DNA of 64,000 nt from Candidatus Harrisonbacteria bacterium (GTDB lineage: Bacteria; Patescibacteriota; Minisyncoccia; UBA6257; 1-14-0-10-40-38): the NCBI GenBank assembly GCA_023245035.1, contig JAHFLD010000004.1:13496-77495 (forward strand), given 5' to 3'. The notes under the pieces were generated by a model, which had not been told where the DNA came from, ran no database searches, and was given only the letters and a program-made list of their open reading frames with translations. The translations under genes were made by a program, and so were the position numbers. Numbering within the stretch: position 1 is the first letter of the stretch; each line of letters starts with the position of its first letter. Below, in pieces: positions 28,018 to 37,788 of the stretch.

Positions 28018-31000
28018 TTATTCGGAGAACTTACCGCCAGAAATGTCGAAAAATCTCTCAAAGAAGCTCGTCAGTTTACTTAGAACACTTTCACGTTTTT
28101 TGGTACGCTCACCGGTGGGAGAAAATCGAGATACGGCCGGTAAAACCTTAGTGATTGCTGTACCCGTCGTTGCCAAATTACCGTCACGAAACGCATTTCG
28201 TACAAACCTATACGTTGCGTCGTGATCAAGATTTTCGCTCACAATAATTTGTTCGAGTTCTTCAACCTTTTTCCCTTCAACAAACTTCTGCCAGTCGTCA
28301 TCAACCACGGAGTGTATATCAAGCGAAGAGATAAACTGGTTAATGAGGTCTTTCTTGTTGCGTAGCTCAACACTTGAGTCTATTGCTTTGTTAATATCAA
28401 CTAAAATCTCACGATTTTTTGTGTGGTCTTCGTGGTATTTTTTAATGAGCCCTAGTACGTAGTCGATATTTATCTCTACCTGTTTAATAAGCTCCATCTC
28501 AAACACCAAGTCATCGTTGATATTCTCTTTAGCATCCTCAACTCCCTTGCGAAATTCGTTATAAAGATCAATATATGCACTGTGATAATCTTGAATATCT
28601 CGATCCGATAAAATCTCATTTCCAATAAACTCGTCAAAGGTCGTCAGGATATTACGCACGCGCAAAATTCCGCCATAGAGCTTAATGAAGTCTTTTTGGT
28701 TTTGCTCACCTATAATTCTTTCCCCGACGGGGAACTTTTCCAAAAGCTCCGCGACGAGGCTTGCATAGCCACGTATTTGCTTCTCGCCATCTTTATAGCC
28801 GTGATAATACTCAGCATATGATTTGAGTAGAACGATGCCACTCGCTTCCTTATCACCAAAGAGCGCTATGGACTCATTGGTCGCTTTTTCTAGGTTGCGG
28901 AAACAAACAATGTTACCGAAAGTTTTTACGCTGTTTAAAATACGATTCGTACGCGAAAATGCTTGTAGAAGTCCGTGCAATCTTAGATTTTTGTCTACCC
29001 ATAGCGTATTGAGTGTTGTTGCATCAAAACCAGTCAAAAACATATTGACCACGATAAGAATATCGATCTCACGATCTTTTGCGCGCTGACTGACATCTTT
29101 ATAGTAATTTTGAAATTTATCAGATGACGTATCGTAGGATGTGCCAAACATCGCATTGTAATCAGCAATAGCTCCATCCAAAAAATCTCTTGAACTCACA
29201 TCGAGTCCAGTCGTATCCTCTGAGTTTTCATCTATCATTCCATCCGCATCCTCGTCGTTCACTCCAAAGCTATAAATTGTTGCTACTTTGAGTCGCTTAT
29301 CACTTGGTACGTCCGCAAGTTGTTTTTTGAACTCTGCATAATACTTCTTTGCAACATCAATAGATGAAACTGCAAAAATTGAGTTAAAGCCAGCGAGTCT
29401 CCGATCTTTCAACTTATAAAAACTATTGCGCTTGGTCTTTTGATCAAAATGCTCCCGAATGTAGCCAACAATATTTGCCAATCGTTCAGGTGCGGCAAGC
29501 ACTGCCTCACGATCAATATCGCTCACTTTCTTATCTTCAATATTCTCAGCTTCGCGGACGGTAGAAATATAATCAACCTTAAACGGTAAAACATTTTTAT
29601 CAGCGATTGCGTCCACGATAGTGTACGTGTGCAATTTTTCGCCAAAGGCTTGCTCGGTAGTCTTCAAATCGAGTCGCCCACCAGAAGACGCATTCATCGC
29701 AAAAATCGGCGTGCCGGTAAAGCCAAAGAGATGATAGCTTTTAAATGTCTTGGTAATAGCGGCGTGCATGTCGCCGAACTGTGAGCGGTGACATTCGTCA
29801 AAGATAAGCACGACGTGGCCATCAAAAATCGTATGCCCAGAATTTCGTCCAATAAAACGATCGAGTTTCTGAATAGTTGTGATGATGATACGTGCGTTCG
29901 GATTCTCTAGCTGACGCTTCAAAATCGCCGTACTAACATTGCTATTGGCCGCACCTTTTTCAAACTTGTCATATTCTCGCATCGTCTGGTAGTCCAGGTC
30001 TTTACGGTCAACAATAAAAACCACCTTATCTACATACGGCAATTTGCTCACCAGCTGTGCCGTCTTGAAGCTGGTCAAAGTTTTTCCTGATCCTGTCGTG
30101 TGCCAAATATACCCGCCAGCCTCTACCGTGCCGAGCTTTTTGTAGTTTGTACTTACTTCGATGCGACTCAGTATTCGCTCTGTTGCTACTATCTGATACG
30201 GTCGCATCACCAAGAGCTGTTTGTCGGTAGTAAACACGCAATAACGGGTCAAAATATTCAAAAGTGTGTGCTTCGCAAAAAAAGTCTTGGCAAAGTCCGT
30301 TAAGTCTGTAATGGGTCGGTTGGTAGAATCTGCCCACCAACTCGTAAACTCAAAACTATTACTCGCCCGTTTACCTTTTTTCGCTGTACCGGTACTGACT
30401 TCTTTTATGTGCTCTTTACGTGTCGTATTGCTGTAATACTTTGTGTGTGTGCCGTTTGAAATAATAAACAGTTGCACATATTCAAAAAGTCCTGCTGAAG
30501 CAAAGAAGCTTTCCCGCTGATAACGATTGATCTGATTGAAAGCTTCTTGAATAGCAACCCCGCGACGTTTAAGCTCTACATGCACCAACGGCAGGCCGTT
30601 TACTAGCACCGTCACATCATAGCGGTTGGCACGCTTTCCCTCATCCGTCGCGTATTGGTTGATAACCTGCAGACTGTTATCGTGAATATTGTCCTTTTTG
30701 AGGAGGTAGACATTTTTTACCGTACCGTCCTCGCGCGTCAGGTTCTTGATGTGGTCTTCTTGAATGGTTGCTGTCTTTTCTTCAACGCTTTGATTCGGGT
30801 TAGCAATCTCACTTGCAAAGAAATGCTCCCATTCCGTATCGGTGAATGTAAAACCATTAAGCTTCTCTAATTGCAGACGGAGGTTCAATGTCAAATCAGC
30901 CTCAGAGGTGATAGGTAGATACTCATACGCTTGCTTTGTAAGTTGTTCTATAAATACCTTCTCTAAATTCGCTTCACTTTGATACTGTGTGACACGCTGA

Positions 31001-31077
31001 ATATTTGGCGTGTATTGTGCCACTACGGTGCTTTGTGGATTTTCCGCGACGAGATTGTATTTATTGTTACTTGGCAT
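28018..31077 (-). CDS. hsdR: Type I restriction enzyme R subunit
   Basis: 1019 aa with the helicase motif TGSGKT, DEAH-like motif FDECHRS, and a nuclease region near the N-terminus. Confidence 0.9.
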   Translation of the reverse strand: MPSNNKYNLVAENPQSTVVAQYTPNIQRVTQYQSEANLEKVFIEQLTKQAYEYLPITSEADLTLNLRLQLEKLNGFTFTDTEWEHFFASEIANPNQSVEEKTATIQEDHIKNLTREDGTVKNVYLLKKDNIHDNSLQVINQYATDEGKRANRYDVTVLVNGLPLVHVELKRRGVAIQEAFNQINRYQRESFFASAGLFEYVQLFIISNGTHTKYYSNTTRKEHIKEVSTGTAKKGKRASNSFEFTSWWADSTNRPITDLTDFAKTFFAKHTLLNILTRYCVFTTDKQLLVMRPYQIVATERILSRIEVSTNYKKLGTVEAGGYIWHTTGSGKTLTSFKTAQLVSKLPYVDKVVFIVDRKDLDYQTMREYDKFEKGAANSNVSTAILKRQLENPNARIIITTIQKLDRFIGRNSGHTIFDGHVVLIFDECHRSQFGDMHAAITKTFKSYHLFGFTGTPIFAMNASSGGRLDLKTTEQAFGEKLHTYTIVDAIADKNVLPFKVDYISTVREAENIEDKKVSDIDREAVLAAPERLANIVGYIREHFDQKTKRNSFYKLKDRRLAGFNSIFAVSSIDVAKKYYAEFKKQLADVPSDKRLKVATIYSFGVNDEDADGMIDENSEDTTGLDVSSRDFLDGAIADYNAMFGTSYDTSSDKFQNYYKDVSQRAKDREIDILIVVNMFLTGFDATTLNTLWVDKNLRLHGLLQAFSRTNRILNSVKTFGNIVCFRNLEKATNESIALFGDKEASGIVLLKSYAEYYHGYKDGEKQIRGYASLVAELLEKFPVGERIIGEQNQKDFIKLYGGILRVRNILTTFDEFIGNEILSDRDIQDYHSAYIDLYNEFRKGVEDAKENINDDLVFEMELIKQVEINIDYVLGLIKKYHEDHTKNREILVDINKAIDSSVELRNKKDLINQFISSLDIHSVVDDDWQKFVEGKKVEELEQIIVSENLDHDATYRFVRNAFRDGNLATTGTAITKVLPAVSRFSPTGERTKKRESVLSKLTSFFERFFDISGGKFSE

Positions 31078-32284
31078 ATTCGTTGAAAGCTAAAAGTTTA
31101 CCCCGATAGTATTCATACTGTGATCTACGAGCAGAGAGTTCTGCTGGCAAACCTATCGAAATATCACTTACAAGCGCATTGAACTTATCCAAAATCGTCA
31201 CTATACGCTCTTGTTCTGCGAGGGGTGGAATTGAGACCTCCACATTTGCCATGACATTACTCATAAGTTTGGGATTGCCCATTCCAGCACTGACATATTT
31301 TTTAGCAACAGTTGCCAGTATGTACGCAAGAAATTTTGTATTTACATCTTCAACTTTGACTTTCAAAAGCCCGCAAACATTTGTAAGACTAAACTTTCCG
31401 TTACGATAGAAAATAGAACCGGCGTTTGCCCCGTCAGTTGTCCAAGTCACATACTCACCGTCATAATCGTAAGTACTGATGTATCCAAAGACACCATCAT
31501 CTGTTGTTTGCGATGAGTAGACTGGGTATTCGCCTCTATTTGTTTTTAGATAATCTTTTGACATAACTCTACCTCGGTTAATTTGACATATCTCCGATAT
31601 CGTGGCGCGTCTTACTCTCTCTCTCTCGGTTCCTTCCTTAAATGTCAGAAGTTGTGAGCGATAATGCTCGTACTGCTTCTTTCTCGCTTCTAGCTCCGCT
31701 TCTAGCTCCGCTTCTAGCTCCGTAAAACTATTAAGAGTTTTGATAATATTTTCTTGTACTGCAAGTGGTGGTAGGGGTATTTTAATTTTTGCAAAACGCT
31801 TTTTTGAGACATTAAATCTCGTCACTCCACTGGCAGTTTTTGCAATCTGTTTTCTCATCTGTTCATCCCTAAACAAATATTTAGAGAACTCGGGCAACAA
31901 CAAGTTATTGTCATTCAGGCGAAAGCCAAAACAAAAACTATTTAAATACAACGGCTCACTAATTTTCTTTGTTAAAACAGAGGACATCCCACACTCGTCT
32001 GGCGTTTCTGATGAGCCTGTAAATAACACATCACCATATTCGATCCTGTTTTGATTTTCGTCTTTGCCTACTTTTACAAAGACATCGATATCGGTATTGA
32101 CCGCGATGTTAGAGTATATATTCATGTAGGTAACAAATTTTGCGTTACCATTGCTAAAATCATCTTTGCTTTTGCCTGACAGCCCACCATAAAACTCGCC
32201 TAGTTCTCCCAACTCCTTAAACTCAACCCCATTGGGGCAGAGCTTAGCAATCAGTTTTTCAATTTTGCTCATATGTTTAATCAT
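31067..32284 (-). CDS. hsdS: Type I restriction-modification specificity subunit
   Basis: Two target-recognition domains separated by a central (ELEA)3 coiled-coil spacer. It overlaps hsdM and hsdR by a few nt, in operon fashion. Confidence 0.85.
   Translation of the reverse strand: MIKHMSKIEKLIAKLCPNGVEFKELGELGEFYGGLSGKSKDDFSNGNAKFVTYMNIYSNIAVNTDIDVFVKVGKDENQNRIEYGDVLFTGSSETPDECGMSSVLTKKISEPLYLNSFCFGFRLNDNNLLLPEFSKYLFRDEQMRKQIAKTASGVTRFNVSKKRFAKIKIPLPPLAVQENIIKTLNSFTELEAELEAELEARKKQYEHYRSQLLTFKEGTERERVRRATISEICQINRGRVMSKDYLKTNRGEYPVYSSQTTDDGVFGYISTYDYDGEYVTWTTDGANAGSIFYRNGKFSLTNVCGLLKVKVEDVNTKFLAYILATVAKKYVSAGMGNPKLMSNVMANVEVSIPPLAEQERIVTILDKFNALVSDISIGLPAELSARRSQYEYYRGKLLAFNEYAK
31686..31721. 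repeat. Perfect 12-bp x3 tandem repeat (CTTCTAGCTCCG) in the hsdS central conserved region
   Basis: Encodes ELEAELEAELEA in-frame on the minus strand. Confidence 0.9.
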
Positions 32285-33867
32285 TTTGTTCCTTCAATAT
32301 CGCTAACGATCTCGTCAATCGAGGTGCGGAGTTCCTGTTGCCGTGCCACGATGCCCGCTATTCTCGTGTTCAGCTCCGTAATGTCTACCACCTCGCGAGT
32401 GTCTTCCGCCATAACATAGCTTGAAACGGCAATATTGTAGTCATTTTCGGCAACGGCTTTATTGTCCACGAGTTTGGCAAAATACTTGGCATCTTTGCGA
32501 GTACTGAATGCTTCCAAAATCTTGGAGCGATTCGTCTCGCTCAATTTATTTTTGTTGCCACCACGAGTAAATTCGACAGAGGCGTCGATAAAAAGTGTTT
32601 TGTTATCTTTCTTGCTCTTTTTAAGCACAATGATACAAGTGGCTATGGTAGTACCAAAAAAGAGATCAGGCGGTAGCTGGATAACTGTATCAACGTAGTT
32701 GTTGTCTATCAGATACTTGCGAATTTTCTGCTCTGCACCACCACGATAGAGGACGCCCGGAAATTCAACGATTGCGGCAGTGCCACTGGTAGAAAGCCAG
32801 CTGAGCATGTGCATAGTAAAAGCTAGGTCAGCTTTACTCTTTGGAGCGAGTACTCCCGCAGGAGAGAAGCGTGGATCATTGATGAGGAGAGGGTTAGCAT
32901 CGCCCTCCCAGTGGATGGAATATGGCGGGTTGGAGACGATAGCGTCAAACGGTTCATCGTCCCAATGCTTTGGATCGGTGAGCGTATCGCCGTGAGCAAT
33001 ATCAAAATTGTTGTAGTTTATATCGTGCAAGAACATGTTGATACGACATAAGTTGTAGGTGGTCAGGTTAATTTCCTGTCCGAAAAAACCTAGACGAACA
33101 TTTTCTTTGCCGAGCACTTTGGCGAATTTAAGGAGTAGTGAGCCAGAACCGCAGGCTGGATCATAGACCTTATTTACTTCTTTCTTGCCGACTGTGGTAA
33201 TTTCGGCCAAAAGTTCACTGACTTCCTGTGGAGTGTAGAACTCGCCTCCAGACTTACCAGCGTTTGAGGCGTACATAGTCATGAGGAACTCATACGCATC
33301 GCCGAAAGCGTCTATTGTATTGTCGGAGTAGTTGCCAAGGCGAAGGTCGCCAATAGATTCAAATAGTTTTGCGAGTTTTTGATTTCGTTTTTCTACCGTA
33401 CTTCCTAGTTTATTGGAGTTGACATCAAGGTCATCAAACAAGCCCTTGATATCATCTTCACTGTTCGCACCTTTTGCAGAATTTTCAATATTACGAAAGA
33501 CTGCTGTAAGGGTTTCGTTGAGATTAGCGTCATTGCGAGCATTTTTCCTGACATTCACAAAAAGCTCACTTGGCAAAATGTAAAAACCTTTTTCTTTGAC
33601 GGTATCAGCTCGACCGAACTCAGCTTCTTTGTTGGAAAGTGTAGCGTAATCAAAATCTTTTTTAGCCGCGCGGCGTTCATCAGCATTTATATAGTTGGTC
33701 AAATTTTCACTGATGAAGCGATAAAAGAGTATACCGAGTACATACTGCTTGAAGTCCCAACCATCTACGCTTCCACGTAAATCATTAGCAATCTGCCAAA
33801 TAGCACGATGCAGCTCGGCACGCTCCTGCTCTTTGGTTGTATTTAGATGTGCTTCTTTGTTTGGCAT
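32281..33867 (-). CDS. hsdM: Type I R-M N6-adenine DNA methyltransferase subunit
   Basis: NPPY motif (VSNPPYSIHW) and an AdoMet motif FYTPQEV...DPACGSGS. Confidence 0.9.
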   Translation of the reverse strand: MPNKEAHLNTTKEQERAELHRAIWQIANDLRGSVDGWDFKQYVLGILFYRFISENLTNYINADERRAAKKDFDYATLSNKEAEFGRADTVKEKGFYILPSELFVNVRKNARNDANLNETLTAVFRNIENSAKGANSEDDIKGLFDDLDVNSNKLGSTVEKRNQKLAKLFESIGDLRLGNYSDNTIDAFGDAYEFLMTMYASNAGKSGGEFYTPQEVSELLAEITTVGKKEVNKVYDPACGSGSLLLKFAKVLGKENVRLGFFGQEINLTTYNLCRINMFLHDINYNNFDIAHGDTLTDPKHWDDEPFDAIVSNPPYSIHWEGDANPLLINDPRFSPAGVLAPKSKADLAFTMHMLSWLSTSGTAAIVEFPGVLYRGGAEQKIRKYLIDNNYVDTVIQLPPDLFFGTTIATCIIVLKKSKKDNKTLFIDASVEFTRGGNKNKLSETNRSKILEAFSTRKDAKYFAKLVDNKAVAENDYNIAVSSYVMAEDTREVVDITELNTRIAGIVARQQELRTSIDEIVSDIEGTK

Positions 33868-33869
33868 AA

Positions 33870-34052
33870 CTATTTTGTTCTTACTTTGCTCATAAACCGC
33901 TCAAACTCGGATCGCTTGATGCGAAACTCTTTGCCTATCTTATGGGCAACTAATTTACCCGCACCTATATAGCGGTAAATTGTCATCACATTTACTTTAA
34001 GCTTCCCGGCTAATTCCTTTGCTGTATAAAATTCATCTTTCATAGTTAGCAT
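33870..34052 (-). CDS. Excisionase/AlpA-family HTH DNA-binding protein
   Basis: 60 aa with the HTH YTAKELAGKLKVNVMTIYRYIGAGKLVAHKIG. Confidence 0.6.
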   Translation of the reverse strand: MLTMKDEFYTAKELAGKLKVNVMTIYRYIGAGKLVAHKIGKEFRIKRSEFERFMSKVRTK

Positions 34053-34057
34053 AGTTA

Positions 34058-35335
34058 TTATACTTTACTTTTGTTTACAGGCGAAGTGGATAACTTTTCG
34101 GTCTTATAACTTGCGAATATCTTGATTGCTTCTTCGACTTGAGCAACCCAACTATGGCATTGTTTTTGCTTGACCTTTTTATTGAGCTTCTTAGTGTCGT
34201 CTCTTATCCGGTACCATGTGCGATCGACGCATATGGGCTTGAGTAGATGCCTTAACTCTCGTGTGCCACCTTCTTCCTTACATAGAGCTTTTAGTCCCAC
34301 TAGATATATGGCTTCTTTGGGTTTTATCTTTTTGTTTGCTTTAAGAAGCTCTTCGAGATGCTTTTTCGGACTGCCCTTTAAATCAAAGATAAAGAGGTTC
34401 TCTTCGGCTATCATCTTTTCCCAGTAGAGCTTTACGATTTTTTGGCATATATCCTTTTTAAATATTTCTTGGAAGCTAGGACTTTCCTTGTAGCCAATTT
34501 CTTTTAAAACTTCACCAAGTTTTGTCTTATGTGCAAGACGAACTTCTATACGTAGTATTTCCATTGGCTTCCCTATCTTCTGAATGGCTTCAAAGAGGGA
34601 TAACTGCCGCGCCGGTTGATCGCCATCAATTGACCGGCCGTTCGCTTGGCTTAGATCGGCAATCTTGTCGTAGATGACTAACTGATGGCGCTTGGCATAC
34701 ATCTGCAATGACTGCCCGTCGTTCCGGAAGGTTACTTTTGCTAAATCAAGTTTCTTTTTTAGGTTTATCTTGTGTAGCTCTTTAATCACGAAGCTAGATG
34801 TATATCCATCTTTAAGTTCTATATTTTTGGAAGGATGAAGGGCCGATACTTTGGCGTTCATTATCGCCTCTTCGGAGGTAGCAACACCCATTGCGTTAAG
34901 GTCACTTTGGAGCTTGATAACTACTCTTTTGAAGTCAGACTCTTCGAGCTCATCGACATTCGTGCCGAATAACAGCTTCGGAGCAGAAAACTCAATCTTT
35001 AATGGTATTTCTATGCCCTTGTTGGTCGCCCGTTTAGTGATGGTTAGGCGTGGCCTCTTAATGCCTATCTTCTCCTCTGCGGGTGTCGTGTTATTCACAC
35101 ATTTTAGACCATTAGCACCATATCCTCTTAGTAGGTTGGCTGATGGTTTAAACCTTTCCGGTTGTAAAATTTGATAACTATTTTGGGAAATATTGAGGAT
35201 TATCGTATCGAACATTTTAATTTTTATTAGATTTATAATTTTGAGGATTTTGACGTTTGTCCTCTTCGAGAAGCAGGGCAAAAAAGCCGATAAGGTTTTG
35301 GTTAGCTTCATAATTGGCAAGGGCTTCAAATCCAC
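34058..35335 (-). CDS. Putative replication-initiation (Rep_trans-like) protein. Start uncertain.
   Basis: SLQMYAKRHQLVIYDKIADL resembles the Y...xYDK motif of Rep_trans/RstA-type initiators. The assignment is tentative. Confidence 0.35.
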   Translation of the reverse strand: MDLKPLPIMKLTKTLSAFLPCFSKRTNVKILKIINLIKIKMFDTIILNISQNSYQILQPERFKPSANLLRGYGANGLKCVNNTTPAEEKIGIKRPRLTITKRATNKGIEIPLKIEFSAPKLLFGTNVDELEESDFKRVVIKLQSDLNAMGVATSEEAIMNAKVSALHPSKNIELKDGYTSSFVIKELHKINLKKKLDLAKVTFRNDGQSLQMYAKRHQLVIYDKIADLSQANGRSIDGDQPARQLSLFEAIQKIGKPMEILRIEVRLAHKTKLGEVLKEIGYKESPSFQEIFKKDICQKIVKLYWEKMIAEENLFIFDLKGSPKKHLEELLKANKKIKPKEAIYLVGLKALCKEEGGTRELRHLLKPICVDRTWYRIRDDTKKLNKKVKQKQCHSWVAQVEEAIKIFASYKTEKLSTSPVNKSKV

Positions 35336-35516
35336 CTTTTTCCACCAATTCTTTTTCGGGTTTTTTATTTCGCGTTCTCACGCCCTGAATAATAAATAAC
35401 CCTCTAAGCTCCACGTGGCCTAGAGGGTTCGAGAGGGTTTTCTTGTAAAATGATAAAAAAAGACCACCGAATTTAAGGTAGTTTTAAAAGCCCTCTAAGC
35501 CGATGCAACCCACGGT

Positions 35517-36755
35517 TTAATTATCCCTCTTGGCGCTACCTACAAACATCCTGATATTCTTTTTCTGTTCATCAAATTCAAATTTTAAACGACTATCTAG
35601 CTTTTTGATTTTTTGTATTTCCTTAATTGCCCATACTATTTTGGCAATTTTTGCGCTTAGAGCTATGTGGATATTCTCAAAATCTGGATTCTCTTTATCT
35701 TTTTTGATTCTTATATCTTCAAAGACTACTTCAACACTCTTAAAGACATTCAGGGGGTCGCTAAGGGCTTTAATCAGCTTAAATTGTCTTGTGTCTGCTT
35801 TTGCAATCGATATTTTTGGGCCCTCTTTATAGAATTTTAAATATCCCCCGCCATCGATTATGACGGTAAATGGCTTTATTTTTGGATTAAGAGATTCTTC
35901 TTGTTCGTCCTTTACTTGTTCTACAATGTTTTTTGAATTTGTATTTTTTTCCATTTTTGCCTCGGTTTCTTCACGATCTAGTTCATCAAGCATACCTAGA
36001 TGGAATCTTTGTAGAGACAGTTTTGGGTCACCCGATAGAAGCATGTTATGTCTTTCGCCTCTTTTTAGAGCCTCAACGGCTTCTATATAAAAACCCCGAC
36101 TAAATTTCGTAGCTCCAATCCCCGATGAATCAGGGGCATTTATATCAGCAATGTAGTATTCAAAAGCTTTATATGTCTTCACTAGATTTTCTAATGCGCC
36201 CCATATCGTAATATCTTTTGCTCTTTCCATCCTTTTATTTATTTCTTTAACCTCTTCATATGATTCGCTGATCTTAAAATCTCTTATAGTATCGGCGCCC
36301 ATGGGGTCTTTGCCAAAAATTACATATTTTTCAATAAAAGAAACCTTACCAAGTCCGTAAAGCATTACAATGATTTCCTCAATCGCATCGTACAGCGATC
36401 CAGTTACTCCGCGAGAAGAAATGATCGCTCCTTTTTTATAGAGATCGTAGCTCTCAAAAAGACTAAAAAGCGGGTTATGGATAAATTTCTCCTTTTTAGT
36501 TTTTGCTGTGATGTCATCGTAGACCGCTTCTATTTCTTTAAAGGCTTTGACTTTAAGTTTTTCTATATTCTTTAGGTCATTTACATGATCTTTATCTATA
36601 TTCCCGGCTATCCTATTTAATACAGGATGGGCGCTTATATAGCTGATATAACCATATATCCAAGCTGAATACTGATAGTTGACTTGAGTATCAACGAAGG
36701 TCTTATATCTCCGATCTAGTCCTTCTTTTAGTTTTGGAATGCTTAAATCGTCCAT
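35517..36755 (-). CDS. Hypothetical 412-aa island cargo protein, no recognisable domain
   Basis: A long, low-GC ORF that I could not place in a known family. Confidence 0.5.
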   Translation of the reverse strand: MDDLSIPKLKEGLDRRYKTFVDTQVNYQYSAWIYGYISYISAHPVLNRIAGNIDKDHVNDLKNIEKLKVKAFKEIEAVYDDITAKTKKEKFIHNPLFSLFESYDLYKKGAIISSRGVTGSLYDAIEEIIVMLYGLGKVSFIEKYVIFGKDPMGADTIRDFKISESYEEVKEINKRMERAKDITIWGALENLVKTYKAFEYYIADINAPDSSGIGATKFSRGFYIEAVEALKRGERHNMLLSGDPKLSLQRFHLGMLDELDREETEAKMEKNTNSKNIVEQVKDEQEESLNPKIKPFTVIIDGGGYLKFYKEGPKISIAKADTRQFKLIKALSDPLNVFKSVEVVFEDIRIKKDKENPDFENIHIALSAKIAKIVWAIKEIQKIKKLDSRLKFEFDEQKKNIRMFVGSAKRDN

Positions 36756-36906
36756 TATTCTTTACTTTAGTTTACATTCCATGATTATTCAATTGGTAAT
36801 GTGGGCTATTTTAAAAGCCTTGAATCGTTACAGGTAATGAGGTTGACTTTGATGTTACTAACAGGCTACCATGTCAATCCGAAGCAGTAAGAATTATAAT
36901 AGGCAT

Positions 36907-37302
36907 ATGGACATATTTCCTGTTTTAGGGGTGGTTTATAAATCCAAAGATGGAAATTGGCGTGGTTTTTGTTATCCGTATGATGTCGCCTGCAATACCA
37001 TGACCAAGGAAGAAGCTATGAAAAACTTAATGGAGTTAATGGAGACTTATGAAGAGAATTTAAGTAACTATAACAGTCCGAGACATCTCATAGTAAAAAA
37101 ACTTTCCGAGAAAGAGGATCAAGATGTTTTCAAGAAAATATGGCCGGAAGTTTCTAGAAAGTTTGCTGAACGATTAAGGGTGGCATCTAATCCAACAAAA
37201 TTCTCTGATCGTCTCTCGCAAGATACAAAGTTCACTGTGGATTCTGGCAAGAGCACGGTTTCTTATTCAAATCGACCTTTAGCGCTTGCTTCTTCAGAAT
37301 AA
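36907..37302 (+). CDS. HicB-like (UPF0150) antitoxin-family protein
   Basis: MDIFPVLGVVYKSKDGNWRGFCYPYDVACNTMTKEEAMKNLMELMETYEE matches the HicB/UPF0150 N-terminal pattern. The start is taken at the internal Met of ORF 36871. Confidence 0.45.
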   Translation: MDIFPVLGVVYKSKDGNWRGFCYPYDVACNTMTKEEAMKNLMELMETYEENLSNYNSPRHLIVKKLSEKEDQDVFKKIWPEVSRKFAERLRVASNPTKFSDRLSQDTKFTVDSGKSTVSYSNRPLALASSE

Positions 37303-37585
37303 TGTGGCGATACCAACAAAAATAGACTTCGGAGATTTCTTTAAAGCAGTTCGCCTTATTTCAGTTAAAAAAGGATTCACCTGCAAACCTTATAATGGCA
37401 GTAAGGGTTCTGCTATATGCTTTAACTTCTTTAGAGCAGGAGAAGAAGAACCATTTGGCGTTTTTTGTGTGCACGAAGACAAGCATAGAAAAGTCATATA
37501 TTCCGATGATCTCAAGAAAGCCTGTAAGCAATTAGGGGTGACTAAGGAAGAATTTGAAGTTTTCATTAAAAATGGCTTTAAGTAG
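37286..37585 (+). CDS. HicA/YcfA-like putative toxin
   Basis: G-F-x...GSKGS...H...K-x-I...LKKACKQLGVTKEEF pattern resembles HicA family mRNA interferases. It overlaps the upstream HicB-like gene by 17 nt. Confidence 0.4.
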   Translation: MLLQNNVAIPTKIDFGDFFKAVRLISVKKGFTCKPYNGSKGSAICFNFFRAGEEEPFGVFCVHEDKHRKVIYSDDLKKACKQLGVTKEEFEVFIKNGFK

Positions 37586-37664
37586 AAAAAGAAACGAGGT
37601 TTAAATAGCTAAGTTCCGTTCTTATTTGTCTCCAATTCAGGGTTCTAAACCTATCCAACCACGG

Positions 37665-37691
37665 GAGCCAAGTTGGATGATTATCGAAGGT
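37665..37691. repeat. Putative attR. Imperfect direct repeat of tRNA-Asn 3' end and downstream sequence (26544-26570).
   Basis: GGAGCCAAGTTGGATGATTATCGAAGG against GGAGCCCGATTGGTTGATTAGCGAAAG, 20/27 identical. Confidence 0.4.
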
Positions 37692-37788
37692 AAAAATACT
37701 ACAGGTTGTGCTGTAGTATAATATTTTTATGCGCTAGTGCTTTGGCGGATGGGTTATAAATTAAAATGTGTCATAATTATGGGAGAGC

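Larger units (their letters stand above)
26509..37691. mobile_element. Integrative genomic island at tRNA-Asn carrying a serine recombinase, Type I R-M, Xis-like HTH, Rep-like protein, hypothetical cargo and a HicBA-like pair
   Basis: Low GC (~38-40%) against ~50% for the flanks. A 27-bp imperfect direct repeat (20/27 identical) lies at 26544-26570 (tRNA 3' end) and 37665-37691. The recombinase gene abuts and overlaps the tRNA. Confidence 0.6.
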
